From: Tubulanus polymorphus
Lineage: Eukaryota > Animalia > Nemertea
Length of the DNA stretch: 64,000 nucleotides
Assembly: GCF_964204645.1 (NCBI RefSeq)
Contig: NC_134025.1
Location: forward strand, 18,017,101-18,081,100
Direction: 5' to 3'
The notes below the pieces were generated by a model. That model did no database searches, was not told the DNA's origin, and was given only the letters and a program-made list of their open reading frames with translations. Each line of letters opens with the position of its first letter. The first letter of the stretch is position 1. This document shows, one piece after another, positions 12,670 through 25,839 of this stretch. A program made the translations under genes and the position numbers.

Positions 12670-15105
12670 ATGATTCAAATCAACTCGTTAAACTGTCTAT
12701 TCACAAATGCCGATCAACTCTTCAATAAATTTGACGAATTCGAACTGTTAGTTAATCAACAAATGCTCCAAATCATAGGAGTATGTGAAGTTAAACCGAA
12801 AAATCAACGGAGATATATAGCTGTTGAAAACATATTGATACTAGATGGCTATGATTGTTTTACACATTTTTCCTCTAACGAAGAAGGGCGTGGGATATGT
12901 TTATACATTAAAACTAACTTAAGTCCAGTGAAATTTCAACTAAACAGACCAATGAATTTGCAGAAAACGTCTGGGCGAGAATTAATGTCGGTGATAAAAG
13001 ATCATTATACATCGGTTGTATTTATCGAAGTCCGAACTCCAGCAAAGATAACAATGACAATCTAATGAACTTGTTAGATGATACATCGCGATGGAATGGT
13101 TAAGTACTTTTCTTTGGTGATTTCAACTACGGCGAAATTGACTGGACAATCTCGCCGTGTCTCAATCTGGCCAAACACTCATCCAGCATCACAATTTCTA
13201 GTGAGTAGCCTTGATGCATTTGTTGATTCAACACCAACTTCAACTATCTCGTTTTAGAGCCGATAACAGACCCAGTAATTTGGATTTGATATTTACTAAC
13301 ACAGACGAGAAAGTCAAAATCATCTGTCACAATGCAGGTCTAGGAAGAAGTGACCACAATTTAATTTCATTCGAATATGAAACTGAAACTATATATGACA
13401 GATCACTCTACAGGAGAGTTCAGTATTCGAAAGGTGATTACAAGAAACTGTGCGAATTAATGTCTGTTGATTGGGAAGAGTTATTTAATGGTAAAAATCC
13501 CGAAGAATGTTGGCTGATCTTTAAGAAAAAATTAAATGCTGCTATAGAGATATGTATCCCAACTATCAAAATTAACAGAGATAAAAAACCAAGACCGCTT
13601 TGGATGACAGTGTACCCTCAACTCTGTAGAAGCAAAAACCAAAGCATGGAAAAAATTCCTGAAAACTAGAAGCGACCAAGACTACAGCATCTGCATTGAG
13701 GCGAGAAAAAGATCACGATCAGATGTGAGAAAAGCAAAAAGAGATATAGAAATTAATATTTTTATTTCTGTGAAGAGTAATCCGAAAGTTTTCTGGCAGT
13801 ATAACAATGGTATACCACATTTTATTGTTCCCGATGATGGAAATCGCTATACTGAATCAGACGAAGAAAAAGCGGAAGTTTTGTCAGAGTTTTTCTCATC
13901 CGTTTTTACTCATGAAGACCCGATTGTGCAGCATCCAACCCAAGTTTCAGACCATAATGAATTAGGAAATCTGGTCATATCCGAAGAAAAGGTGATGAAA
14001 CTTCTAAAAAATATGAATGTGAACAAATCAGCTGGTCCAGATAACATACATCCGCGAGTATTATATGAAGCCAGAAATGAGATTTGTAAACCATTAACCA
14101 TTACCTTTCAGAAGTCACTAGAATCAGGCATAATTCCTTCTGACCGGAAACTGGGATCTATATCCCCATTATTTAAAAAGGGTGACAAACATGTAGCAAT
14201 AAACTATCGCCCGGTGAGTTTAACGTCGGTGGTATCGAAATTAATGGAAAAAATATTACGTGATGAAATCATGAATCACCTAGAGACAAACAATTTGCTA
14301 TCAAATAGTCAACATGGTTTTCGTTCTGGAAGATCTACTTTAAGCAATTTGCTCGAAACGCTTGATGACTGGACTGTAGCGCTTGACGAAGGCAATTCCG
14401 TTGATTGCATTTATTTAGACTTTGAGAAAGCTTTCGACACGGTTCTACACCGTCGAATGATTCTGAAACTGAATGCTTACGGAATCTACGGGAAAATCGC
14501 CGAGTGGATTAAATCGTTTTTATGTAATCGGAAAAAGCGTGTTCGAGTCAACGATAGTTTTTCAAATTGGAGACCTGTGATAAGCGGAGTTCCTCAGGGA
14601 AGCGTGCTCGGTCCGATGCTTTTCGTGATTTACATAGATGACTTCCCTGCAAAAATTACCACTCCAGTGAAGCTTTTTGCTGATGATACGAAATTATACA
14701 AAGTTATCAAGTCTTTAGACGACTGTCATGATCTTCAGCATAGTCTTGATAGCGCAATGAGTTGGTCGGATGAGTGGAAATTAAAATTCCACCCTGATAA
14801 GGCAGATAGGTTACGAATTGGATGCGTTGAACCGACTTTCAACTATGACCTTCAGGGTAGTGTCATCAAAACATTGGAATACGAACGCGATTTAGGAATA
14901 ACAATTGATGATAAATTGAATTTCAAACGTCATGTGAACGACGTCGTTCTGAAAGCTAATAGGGTGCTATACACCATAAAAAGAACCATCAATGTTCGTG
15001 ATAGCAAAGCGTTTGTGTTGCTGTACAAATCTCTGGTTCGACCAATTCTGGAGTACAACAATCCAGTGTGGTCTAATATTTCTCTGACGGAAATAGATAA
15101 ATTAG
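12670..15105 (+). pseudogene. CR1 ORF2 (AP endonuclease plus reverse transcriptase), frameshifted, 5' part
   Basis: CLFTNAD, GVCEV, GDFN, LDLIFT, SDH; NYRPVSLTS, QHGFR, YLDFEKAFD, GVPQGSVLGP, LFADDTK. Confidence 0.93.
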
Positions 15106-16326
15106 TGCTCATTTGCTAAACTTAGAGGCACCACTTAGGACACGTCATGTTATAATCCGCACTGGTACATCGAAGTGGTATACAACTGAAATACACCAAG
15201 CCCGGCAACTGAAGCGAAAACTCGAAAGACAGTGGCTGAAATCCGGACTTGAAATTCATAAAGAAATTTTAAGTCACAACGGGATTTAGTTGTCCAGTTG
15301 ATAAAGAACGCTAAATCTACATATTATCGCAGTACGATGACTGATTTGAAGCAGACTTACAGAATCATCAATCTTGATCTATTAAATAAATCACCAAAAC
15401 AGTTACCTACGGCTGATAGTAAAGAAGTGGCCGAGAAATTCAGCAGTTATTTTTATAATAAAATTGCAAAAATCCGAGAACATTTAGATTCACAGGATGG
15501 TGAACTGCTGTTTGAGGTGGAACATCAAACGCCTCCCGCATTGCCAAATTTTACTGAAACTAACTGTAATGAACTTTCTAAAGTCATTATGTCTATGTCT
15601 TCTAAGTCAAGTGTCTTAGACCCTGTGCCTACCAGTGTTTTGAAATCTGAAATTGTATCATCTGGCATGCTTCGTATTATTGTTAGTATAGTTAATGCAT
15701 GTTTCACTTCTGGTATTTTTCCAGATGAGCTTAAACAGGCTATCATTCATCCATTATTGAAGAAACCAACTCTCGATGCTCAGGTTTTGAAAAATTATCA
15801 TCCTGTTTCAAACATTCCTTTTTTGTCTAAGGTCATAGAAAAGGTAATTATTTCTAGAATTACTGTACATCTTGAAAATCATGGTCTTTATGAAACTTTC
15901 CAATCCGCTTATCGAGCCAATCACAGCACAGAAACAGCATTGGTTAAAGTAAGTAATGATATTCATTGTGCTAACAATAATGGTTACGTTGTCTTTATGG
16001 TTCTGCTAGATCTTTCAGCAGCCTTCGACACAATAGATCATGATATCCTCATTGACTGTCATCGTCATAATTTTGGATTTCATGATACTGTCTTAACTCT
16101 TATTCATTCATATCTGACAAATAGAAGTCAGACAGTTGTGGTCGACGGTTCAAGTTCATCTAGTAAACCATTAAACTGCGGAGTTCCGCAAGGTTCAGTC
16201 CTCGGACCTCTACTTTTTACTTTGTATACCCAACCTATTGGTAAAATAATTAGTAATTTATCCTGTTTGTTTCATATATATGCAGATGATGATCAACTTT
16301 ATAAGACTGTTAATCCAAATATGTTA

Positions 16327-19300
16327 CAGGGATGATAATTTTCCGCCGATCGGCGGATTTCCGCCTTTTCAATCAATTTTTATCATTTCTCAGATCAATG
16401 CATATCCGTTGAAAAAATGGGGTGGGGGTTAGGACGATGACTGTGGTTTTCTCCAGCATTGTAAGGATAGATTGGCATGACCATAAAATCGTTTCCCGAT
16501 CTATTTTTAAATGCGATCATTTAGCGGCATTTGTATACTAACAAAGTTTTCTCTGTCGGTTGGCGAGCGCGTGTCTGGATATATGTATATACATGTATCT
16601 ACATTATTGATTTTTCACCGAGCGGTGGTCGTTTTTAATAGTACATGCTTGTGTTTTAAACACGTGTGCGTAGTGTGAAATTGCGATATAGAATCATGTG
16701 GAAAATTGTTGAGAGAGTTGGGACGATTGACCCCAGGACAATCGACCAAAAAGAATTTAAAAAAAACCTATGGAAGTGGGATTGGCTGGAGAAAATGGTT
16801 GATGGGATTCCTCTCGCTGACTTCGTGAGGAAGATAGACATACCGGGGAAAGCTTATTGTCTCTGGTGCCAAACAGAAATAAAATACGGAAGTAAGGGTC
16901 GAATTGCGCTTGAAAACCACGCTAAAACTCAGAAACACGTTGACATCGTCAAAGAACGGAGATCTAATTACGTACTTCCAGGTAAGTAGGCCTACGTTCA
17001 CATGCCACACAGGTTAATATTTGTAAATAAAATTAGACGATTTTCAAGTTTTTCTTAAATTGTAAAATCAAACCGAATAAAGAACTAGAATTTGCATTCA
17101 CTTTCAGGTAGTTCGGGAGCCGATGTTGGTCGATCTTACGGGATCTGCCCAATATTCCAAAATCCAAATAATGAACAACAGGCCGTTACGACGACCGCTA
17201 AACCTAAAGTCCCAATATCGGACCGGGTCGTAAGCCAGGAGGCTTTAGTTCTTTCATATATTGCTGAAAACTCATTGCCGTTTTCTCAGTCTCCAAAATT
17301 GATTGAGTTGGCAAAAGCACTTGCCATGGATCGGGCAGCATTAAGCAAATTGTCTATGGGTCGTTTAGCGGCTTCATATAAGATGCGACTGGGTCTGGCG
17401 CAAACCACCGAAGAACAGTTAGCGGATGAACTCAGAAATACGTTCTATTCACTAAACATCGATGAGGCTACAAGCCAATCCACAAAAAAAGTTCTGTCGA
17501 TCCTTGTCAGTTACTTTAGTGAGAAGGAGAGACAAGTTGTTGTCAGACATTTGGCCTCATGTAATCTTATTTCTACCACTAGCGCATCTGTTTATAGTGC
17601 TTTGGTTGAGGTTTTCCAGCAGCGTGATTTAGATTATAACCGATTAATGTCTGTCCTCCTCGACAGCTGTAACGTCATGAGAGGTAGTGAAACTGGCTTG
17701 GAGAAGTTAATAAAGGATAATTTGGCCCAGCATTTGCTTGACATCGACGGTGATTCGATACATCACACTCACAACGCCGCGAAACATTTCACAAAAGAAT
17801 TTGATGGATTCATAGAGAAATTGATAACCGATATTGCAAGTGATTTGCATTTTTCTAAGGACGTAGAAAACTGGCTCCAAATTATCCTTGATCTCTTAGG
17901 CATTGGGTTTTCGATGCCCGAGCGGTACGTCGGAACCCGATGGCTATCGGTCCATGATGCGGCGTCAGACCTTATTCGCAAAATCGATGGATATACTCTG
18001 CTGTACTATGGATTTATACAGAAAGACAAAATCGTGTATTTGGCTCTATGTGTTGACATATATCGCAAATTTAACTTGTCTGAACCCACGAAAGATGAGA
18101 TCAAAAAAATCTATGTTGCTGCTGCCGCCAAATGGAAAAATCTGACAGCGGAAGGAAAAGAAAGAAAGCTACGAATTATCGATAAACTCATCATTCAGCG
18201 TAAAAAGCTTAAGCTTTATGTGCATTTTTACACGGCGGTATTGCCAGTTCTAAAAAGATATGTACTCTTATTCCAAACTGTTGAAGAGCCATGTGTCCAC
18301 AAGCTCAATGATGAGCAATGTCAATTATTCAGGGATTTCATTTCCCTTTGTGTTAAACCATCTGCAATTCCTGAATCGGATCGAAAGTTGTCTTCTCTGA
18401 TAATCTCAGAAAACCTCCTGCCAACCACTGAGATGTTCATAGGCGAATCTGCATCCCAAATAATTGCGGGGGAAAATAAATCATCCCAGTTTGTCAAAGA
18501 CTTTCATGATCGTGTCGAGAGGGCCTATCTCAATACCGCCCAGTATCTCGCTAAAAAAATGCCTATCGACAATAAACTTCTCCGGTATATCTCGGCAATA
18601 GACCCAAAATGCCAGCGACATGAAACGGCACTGAAATATATGAAAAAACTCCCACAATTAGTCGTCAATGTTCTGGCTAATGAAACGGAGATCAACTGTT
18701 ATAAATTAGAAGTGCATAAATTCCACTCGGATTCCAGTCTGCCAGCAGCAGTTGATAAAGATGGAAAGCAAGTTAGAATCGATTCCTGGTGGGCTGCTGT
18801 ACATGATTTGGGCAAATATCCATACCTCTGTCGCATGGTATTTGCTTTACTTAGCTGTTTCAGTTGCCCAGTTGTCGAGAGCTCGTTTAGCATTATGGGC
18901 GAAATTCTGAACAGCACAACCAATAGACTTCATGTCAAATCTTTCAGCGCAATCCAGAGTGTGAAATACGGATTAGGCAAAACGTCAGCTGTAGACTTTT
19001 TCAAAAGAGAAGATATTCTTCATGACCCTGTGTGTCCAAATCTCGTTAAAAATATGAACACTGCAGCTAAACGATACAAGGATGAATTGCAGGGTGAAAA
19101 AGATAAGAAAGCGGCTCGTATGGAGGAACTTGAGGCTAAAGAGGTTAAGAAAGTTTCAAAACGCAAAGCCCGCGAACAGTGCATCTCAGCTGCAAAGAAA
19201 GCCCGAGAGGCACATGTATCTGCTATGCGTGCAAAACAACGACAAGCTAAAAGACATAAGCAGATGGAACTTGTAAGACTATTAAAAAAGAAGTAATCTC

Positions 19301-19904
19301 TGGCTTGTCCACTATTGGAAAAACATTTATGTGTTTTGTTAAATAAAATGATGCCGACTGACTGTACTGACTATGTACATGTAGTATGTTTAGATTGGTA
19401 ATGATGTGTACATGTGTTTTATAGAATATTTTTCCAAACCTTACTTCGTTAGAAAATTCATAAGATAACCCACTGTTCTATTTAAGTTTTTTTTATGGAA
19501 ATCTAGCTTGTTGTGATATCAGTTTATTAAAAATTAGTGCTTTAATGATGCATGCTGGAAAATAAAGTCTAATTCAATTATCTATTGCGTGGGCAAGTGA
19601 TCGTCGCTTTCAAGAAGATTGATCAATGTGGGATTCGAACCTACTAGTTACATTATAGTTGTCTCTGCATCAATTATGTCCCTGCCGTCTTGGAACTAGC
19701 AGTGTGTTGTGTAAAACATGGACGATGTTGTTTGATTTTTTGGCTTTGCTGAGTGAAATTTCAATCGGAAAACTGCTGAAAAACGATCTGAGATGATGTG
19801 AAAATCAAAAATTTTCTGGGGGAGGGCCCCCAGACCCCCCATAATTACTTCGCGCCTACGGCGCTCGTTTCCGCCTTTTCAATAATGGTCTGTTATCATC
19901 CCTG
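16327..19904 (+). mobile_element. Autonomous hAT-superfamily DNA transposon
   Basis: 12-bp TIR CAGGGATGATAA; 6-bp TSD ATGTTA (16321-16326, 19905-19910). Removing it restores the L2 RT reading frame. Confidence 0.93.
16696..19296 (+). CDS. hAT transposase, two exons (16696-16981, 17108-19296), about 824 aa, apparently intact
   Basis: BED-like finger CLWC..HAKTQKH; phase-1 GTAAGT..TTTCAG intron keeps the frame; catalytic LNIDEATS, LLDSCN, VESSFS; dimerisation region DSWWAAV..KYPYL. Confidence 0.88.
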
Positions 19905-21371
19905 ATGTTAAATGAGGTGTTATCTACAGTAGCAAACATTAATGACCTTGTTGCAACTTTATTCAACTGGATGACTGTTAACAAGCTTCAGGCTAACTCG
20001 GATAAAACCGAATTTATTATTTTAGGTTCTCGATATGCTAAGCGCCTGCTCCCTGCTGATTTACATCTTTCGATTGGAGATGTTGACATTTTTCCCTCCA
20101 CTAAAGTTAAAAATCTGGGTGTTATCATAGATTAATCTTTGTCTCTAAATGATCACGTAAATGCTATTTGTAGGACAGCAAACTACCATTTGTATTCTAT
20201 AGGTAAAATACGCCAGTATATTGATACAGACTCTTGCAAAGCTGCTGTCAATTCACTCATTGTTTCTAGATTGGACTATGCAAACTCATTACTTTTAGCT
20301 TCTAACACAACTTTACTAAGGCGTCTTCAGCTTATTCAGAATAATGCAACACGGTTGATAACAAAGACTAAAAAGTCAGATCATATAACACCAATTCTTA
20401 TTGATCTTCATTGGCTGCCGATTTCTGTTAGAATTGAATTCAAAATTTTTTTGCTAGTCTTTAAATGTCTAAATAATCTGGCACCACCATATTGGCAGTC
20501 ACTTATATCCTTGCATGTACCGAGTAGGTCACTTCGTTCCAGCCAAGATACGTCGTTTGAACATTCCTTTTAGCAATAAATCCAGCTGTAAGAGAGCTTT
20601 TAGTTTTGCTGCTCCAGCGCTTTGGAATGCCCTGCCTGTCTCTGTAAGGCTTAGTCCATCAGTGCAATGTTTTAAGTCAAATTTAAAAACGTACCTTTTT
20701 AAAAGGACTTATATGTTTTAAGCTATTTTACTGTGTCTTTGCTCCTGCTGTTTTATCATATGCTTTTTAAGTTCTTGATTTTATGTAAATGTATTAACCC
20801 TTTGTACAGCGCATAGATTATTATTTTAGTTATGCGCTATATAAGAAATAAATTATTATTATTATTATTATTATTAGAGAGTATTCAAAGAAGTGCGACG
20901 AGAATGATTGTGAATGTAAAACTTGCCGTATGAAGAAAGATTAAAATATCTTAAAATTCCTAGTCTCACTTATAGACGATTACGCTATGACATGGTCGAG
21001 ACCTTCAAACTAGTAACTAACGTATATTCCACCGATAATGATATTTTCATGTTAGATGCTAGACGCCGTTTCACCAGAGGACATCCTTACAAGTTGGAAA
21101 AAAAGACGATGCCGCAAGAACATTAGACTGAAATATTTTACAAAAAGAATTATCAATTACTGGAACAGTCTGCCGACAGAAGTTGTGGAAGCACCATCTG
21201 TGAATTCGTTCAAGGCTCGGCTGGACGATTATTGGAAAGATTATGAACTAATAACCAACTACAAACTATACAGATGCTAATGATACCTCGGCAAATGTGC
21301 ATTAACTTCAAAATCTAACAACTGTGTATCGTTAAACAGTGTTAAGATCGCCAAAGCGGTCCATCACTTAA

Positions 21372-21399
21372 TGTTACTGTTACTGTTACTGTTACTGTT
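21372..21399. repeat. (TGTTAC)n microsatellite in the CR1 3' region
   Basis: Direct reading. Confidence 0.85.
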
Positions 21400-22457
21400 T
21401 AAATATTCCCTCGTGTTTCTATTTAGTTCCCTTTCTGGTGAGGGCACCATGTGACGGTATGGTCTGTCCCTTCCTGGTGGTCTGGTTTTAAGTAAACTAC
21501 TATAGATTTGATGGTACTTGTTCTCAAATTCTGTAGAATTGCTTTGTAAGGGTTTGTGGGTTGAACATATTTGTTTAGCTTGTCGTTTAAATGTGCATGT
21601 GCTGGTGCGTATTGGATTGTTTGGCACATATTTTTAGTTTTTCTGTACCTATAAGCTGATGGGTGTTTTTCATTTCTTTGTATTTACGGTCAATCTTTGT
21701 TGTAAGTGTTAAAAGATAAATAAAGAAAAATATCATACGAAGAATTGTCGCTCGACTTAGCTGATATCTACAGTAGACACATACGTCACTTTCAGACTTG
21801 TTTATTTATATAACATCTATTTATGTTAACTCCAGCTTCCGTACATTTATCTAAACTACTTATCTCCACAACATAATACTGTTCATAATTACATTTGTTT
21901 CAAAAATTTGCATGATACTTCTGCAAAAAAGATTTATTTGAAAGTGAGTTGAGATCTCGATGACAGTAATTGGAAAAGTAGGCTTTCATACCAGAGGACG
22001 AGAGGACGAGACACCACTCATCACCACAAGTAATAATTCAATTGAGTATGAGACACCACTCATCACAGCTAGGCTCTAGTGAGAACGGACGATTGCTCTG
22101 TGACACACATATACAGTGAGTGCGCGTAACAACAGCTGCGCGTGGATAGATCGATACAGTGAGTCTCTACTGAGAACGGTTATTAACGCGTGTGCTATTA
22201 CTGTAGTACAGTGATTGCGTGGCAACTGTACCCGGATAAATAGATGCTGTGAGGCTTAGGTGAGAACGGTTAATAGCGTGTTTGTTATATACAGGGGGAA
22301 GTAATCCCCACTCATCACCACAAGTAATTTGTTTTCCTTATAAATTGGAGATAGAAAAGCATTCTTAGCAACAATAAATAACAGAATAAAACCAGCAAAA
22401 AAACAATTTGAAATAAAAAAGTTAGTTGATGTTACAAAAGAAATTGAACATAAAATA

Positions 22458-22670
22458 TTGAAATTAGAAAATATAAAAACTAAATATGGAGAGAAAGTAT
22501 CAGCTAATTTAAGCTACTGCAATGTTAGTACATCGCGAGAATTTAAAGTATTTTTACCTGATAAATGGGTTTCATTGAGTACAGAGGAATTAAAAGATTT
22601 AGAAGGATTTAAAATAATCTATCATGGAAAAAATGAAGATGGCCATCATGATTTAGAAATTGTTGATTAA
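22458..22670 (+). CDS. Small conserved Polinton protein (true start probably further upstream)
   Basis: Near-identical homologue at 54478-54732 in copy C. Confidence 0.65.
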   Translation: MKLENIKTKYGEKVSANLSYCNVSTSREFKVFLPDKWVSLSTEELKDLEGFKIIYHGKNEDGHHDLEIVD

Positions 22671-22888
22671 ATTTAAAAAATAAATTAATAAAAATAATGA
22701 ATATTAAGAATCCGAAATAACTTATCTGGACAATTTAATTGCTCCGCATAGATGGTGCCATAAACAGAACCCACACAGTGATAGACAAAAGTAGTGAGAT
22801 GGTGCCGTATGGCACCCACATGATGATATTCAATTAATATTCAATTAATTTAAAAAAAATTATTTTTTTTTGCTTTTTTTCTAAAATA

Positions 22889-23242
22889 TTAATCCATTTT
22901 TTTTATTGTCAATTTTGGAATTTCAGAAGTATTTTCATTTTTAATAGCAGTTGTTTCAGAATTATTAATATCATGAATTTTATTTGATTTCTTATACCAA
23001 TTACACCCGATCAAAATGAATACAATTACAAATCCAACCGTAAAATATAAATATTTATCAAATATTCTATTATCAGAAGGAGTAGAAATAACAATATTTT
23101 CACCATTTTTATTAACATTTTTATTACTTATTTTTTCTTTTACAGCTTTTTTATATTCTTGTGATTTAATTCCTAATTGCCGAGACCATTCAATTTGTTT
23201 CTGTGATCTCGGTTTTTTCTTCACTTCTTCCACCTTGTTCAT
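22889..23242 (-). CDS. Polinton hypothetical single-pass membrane protein
   Basis: 117-aa ORF with TAAATG start and hydrophobic YLYFTVGFVIVFILIG. Confidence 0.7.
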   Translation of the reverse strand: MNKVEEVKKKPRSQKQIEWSRQLGIKSQEYKKAVKEKISNKNVNKNGENIVISTPSDNRIFDKYLYFTVGFVIVFILIGCNWYKKSNKIHDINNSETTAIKNENTSEIPKLTIKKMD

Positions 23243-23297
23243 TTATTATAGAAATATTTTTACTTTCAATATTTGAAAATGTTATAACTCCAGTTGA

Positions 23298-23780
23298 TTA
23301 TAATGTCATAAATCCACCTAATTGAAATGATAAATATCCAATCCATTTATTTAATTCAGTCATAACTAAATAATCATTTTTTAAATCGGAATATAATCTA
23401 TTTTCGTCTTCAATTGGTAGTATATAATTACATAATTTACTATAACCTTTTACTACATTTTCTGATATCGCGTCATTAATTCTAGCTGTTCTCGCGGCTT
23501 CATAAATCTTAAATAATCTAATAATTTCATCTGATTTCATTGTATCTAATTCATTATAAGTTAAATTTTTACCGACAAAATTTTTACATTTTCCAGATGC
23601 TATTAATATTTCTAATTGATGTTTACAATAAAGATAATATTCATAATTATTATTTGTTGTAACATTATTTAAAGCACCATCATCTGAAGTTAATTTTGTT
23701 TCTGTTATTCCTAAATCATCTAAAGTTTTTTCAATTAGAACATCACCATTTTTAGATTTTATTTTCTTTTCACCTACCAT
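23298..23780 (-). CDS. Polinton hypothetical protein
   Basis: 160-aa ORF with T-tract/TAAATG start; N-terminus also in copy C near 54106. Confidence 0.7.
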   Translation of the reverse strand: MVGEKKIKSKNGDVLIEKTLDDLGITETKLTSDDGALNNVTTNNNYEYYLYCKHQLEILIASGKCKNFVGKNLTYNELDTMKSDEIIRLFKIYEAARTARINDAISENVVKGYSKLCNYILPIEDENRLYSDLKNDYLVMTELNKWIGYLSFQLGGFMTL

Positions 23781-23812
23781 TTATATAACAAAAAAATTAG
23801 TTGTGATGTTGC

Positions 23813-24082
23813 AACTAGAATTCAACTAGAATGTAACTAGAATTCAACTAGATTAACAAGCTAGTTGAAATATTGTTGTTTTTGTTTATTTCTTGTTAAA
23901 TCTAGTTGATTTTTGTTTCAACTACTAACAACTAGAATTCAACTAGAATGTAACTAGAATTAGACTAGATTGACAAGCTAGTTAAAATATCGTTAAATCT
24001 AGTTGATTTTTGTTACAACTACCAATAACTAGAATTCAACTAGAATTCAACTAGAATTCAATTAGATTAACAAGCTAGTTGA
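23813..24082. repeat. Intergenic array of 11-bp AACTAGAATTC-type units, in both orientations
   Basis: Repeated aactagaattc/aactagaatgt/ctagttga; related array at about 53900-54075. Confidence 0.85.
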
Positions 24083-24084
24083 AT

Positions 24085-24691
24085 TTAAATAAATTCATAT
24101 TTAAATGGGTGTTGTAATCTAAATAGTAATTTTGATCTTTTAATATTTTTCAACTTATCCATATATTCATTATGTAAATCATGTGGAATAATATCATTTT
24201 CCTCAAGTGCATTTTTCATCGATTTTCTATCTTTATTGTAGAATAAAACTAGAAATCTTATATTCTCCCTAAAGTCTTTAACAATTGAATTATATTTTTG
24301 ATTTAAAACCCATGTTGTTATCCCAAAATGTCTCCCAGAGAAAGCTAGATAACATAACTCACTTTCTCTAACTTTTGAATCATGTAAATTTGCGCAATCA
24401 TCTATGATAAATAATGTATTTGATCCTTTATAAATATCAATTGCTATTTTTATACAATTATCTACATTTTCTTTAACTGTTTTAGGATCTAATATAATAA
24501 ATTTATTATTTCTAGTAATATTTCTATCATAAGTTTGATTAAATTCATATGTTGGACAAAATAATACTATATTATCAAAATAGTTTTCATAATGTTTCTA
24601 ATAAATTTAATATAAAATAAGTTTTTCCACAATTTGTTACGCCAGAAATTAACATATTATGAGGCTCAAATATAAATAATTCCTTATTCAT
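24085..24691 (-). pseudogene. A32/FtsK-like DNA packaging ATPase (one frameshift)
   Basis: Walker A ISGVTNCGKT, Walker B FIIDDCA, SGRHFGITTWVLNQKY. Confidence 0.9.
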
Positions 24692-25809
24692 TTATATATT
24701 TTTAATTTTACTTGATAATATCCATTCATTAAATTTATCTGGCCATCCAACCCATTTTACTAAAGAATATTTTTTTCTTTTAATAGTTTTTGTTTTTAAT
24801 ACTTTTTCAATTTTATATTCTTGTTCTAGATTTTCAGTAGTTAAACTTAATTCTTCTTCGTAAAAGTAGCCATCAACTTCTTCACCGTCTAAATCTTCTA
24901 ATTTATAGACATATGGTTTTGTTGTTATTACCTTTTTTATTTTATATATTTCTCTAGTAAAATTTCGATCGTATCCTTTGTCAAATATCTTTTTATACTT
25001 AGAAATTCTAACATTTTGACCAACTTTAAATTTAGGTTCACCAAAATGATCTACAAGAAATGCTCCATATAAATTATTCCAAACAATTTCAGCATTTTCA
25101 GGTTTTCTAGCATCAATAGGTTTCATTCCAATAGAAGAATGATAAGAATTATTATATCCTTCTATCAATTTTGGTAAAACATCAATCCATTTAAAAGTAT
25201 TATTTGCTGTAAAATATTTCCACATTCTTGTTCTTAATGTTCTATTAAATCGTTCAACAAATGCTGCTTTTTTATCCGATTTTGTTGAAAAATATTTAAT
25301 ATTATGATTATCTAAGAATTCATGGACAAGTGAATTATCAAATTCTTTTCCATCATCAAATTGTATTTTTTCTGGTTTAATTTATCATCCGACAGAAATT
25401 TTCTTAAAACATTTGATGTTTGTACAGCATCTTTTCTATAAAGTGGGAAGCTCCATACATATTGACTAAAAATATCAATTATATTCAATAACCACCAATA
25501 ATCATCATTATCTTTCTTAACATTTTTCATATCAATTAAATCTCCTTGCCACTGTTGATCTACATAACTTACCATAGTTTTACGAGTTTTATATTTTCTA
25601 ACAATTTTTGTATATGTTGGTTGTTCTAACATAAATTCATTTATATCTTTATATTAAACTAAATTTTGTGGGATTATCTTATCTAATTTATCTTGTTTTA
25701 CTTTACTCCATATATTTTTGGTAGAAGAATAAGCAACCGAACTCTCAGGGTTGTAATATAAATTTCTTAAATATTGTTCTTTAGTATTAGGAGTTTTTTT
25801 ACCTCCCAT
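24692..25809 (-). pseudogene. Retroviral-like (rve) integrase with C-terminal chromodomain
   Basis: QQWQGDLID, IIDIFSQYVW, DDGKEF, VERFNRTL, YNNSYHSSIGMKP, SLVKWVGWPDKFNEW; frameshift near 25380. Confidence 0.93.
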
Positions 25810-25839
25810 TTATATATCGTTAATTTTAAATTTATATTT

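Larger units (their letters stand above)
15106..20877 (+). mobile_element. 5'-truncated L2/Crack-type LINE with (ATT)n tail inserted in CR1 ORF2
   Basis: RT motifs FQSAYRANHSTETAL, LLDLSAAFDTIDH, GVPQGSVLGP, YADDDQLY; C-terminal SRLDYANSLL, HITPILIDLHWLP. ATTAG flanks both sides (15101-15105, 20873-20877). Confidence 0.92.
11258..21730 (+). mobile_element. CR1-clade LINE, near full length, interrupted by an L2 element
   Basis: ORF1, then APE+RT ORF2. ORF2 resumes at 20878 (EIDKL|ESIQRSATRMI) and ends with YRRLRYDMVETFK, TRGHPYKL, INYWNSLPTEVVEAPSVNSFK. Ends approximate. Confidence 0.9.

Noticed and set aside
19622-19650. GGGATTCGAACC, a reverse tRNA B-box, inside the hAT element
   Set aside because: No cloverleaf or convincing A-box found; at most a SINE or tRNA relic.
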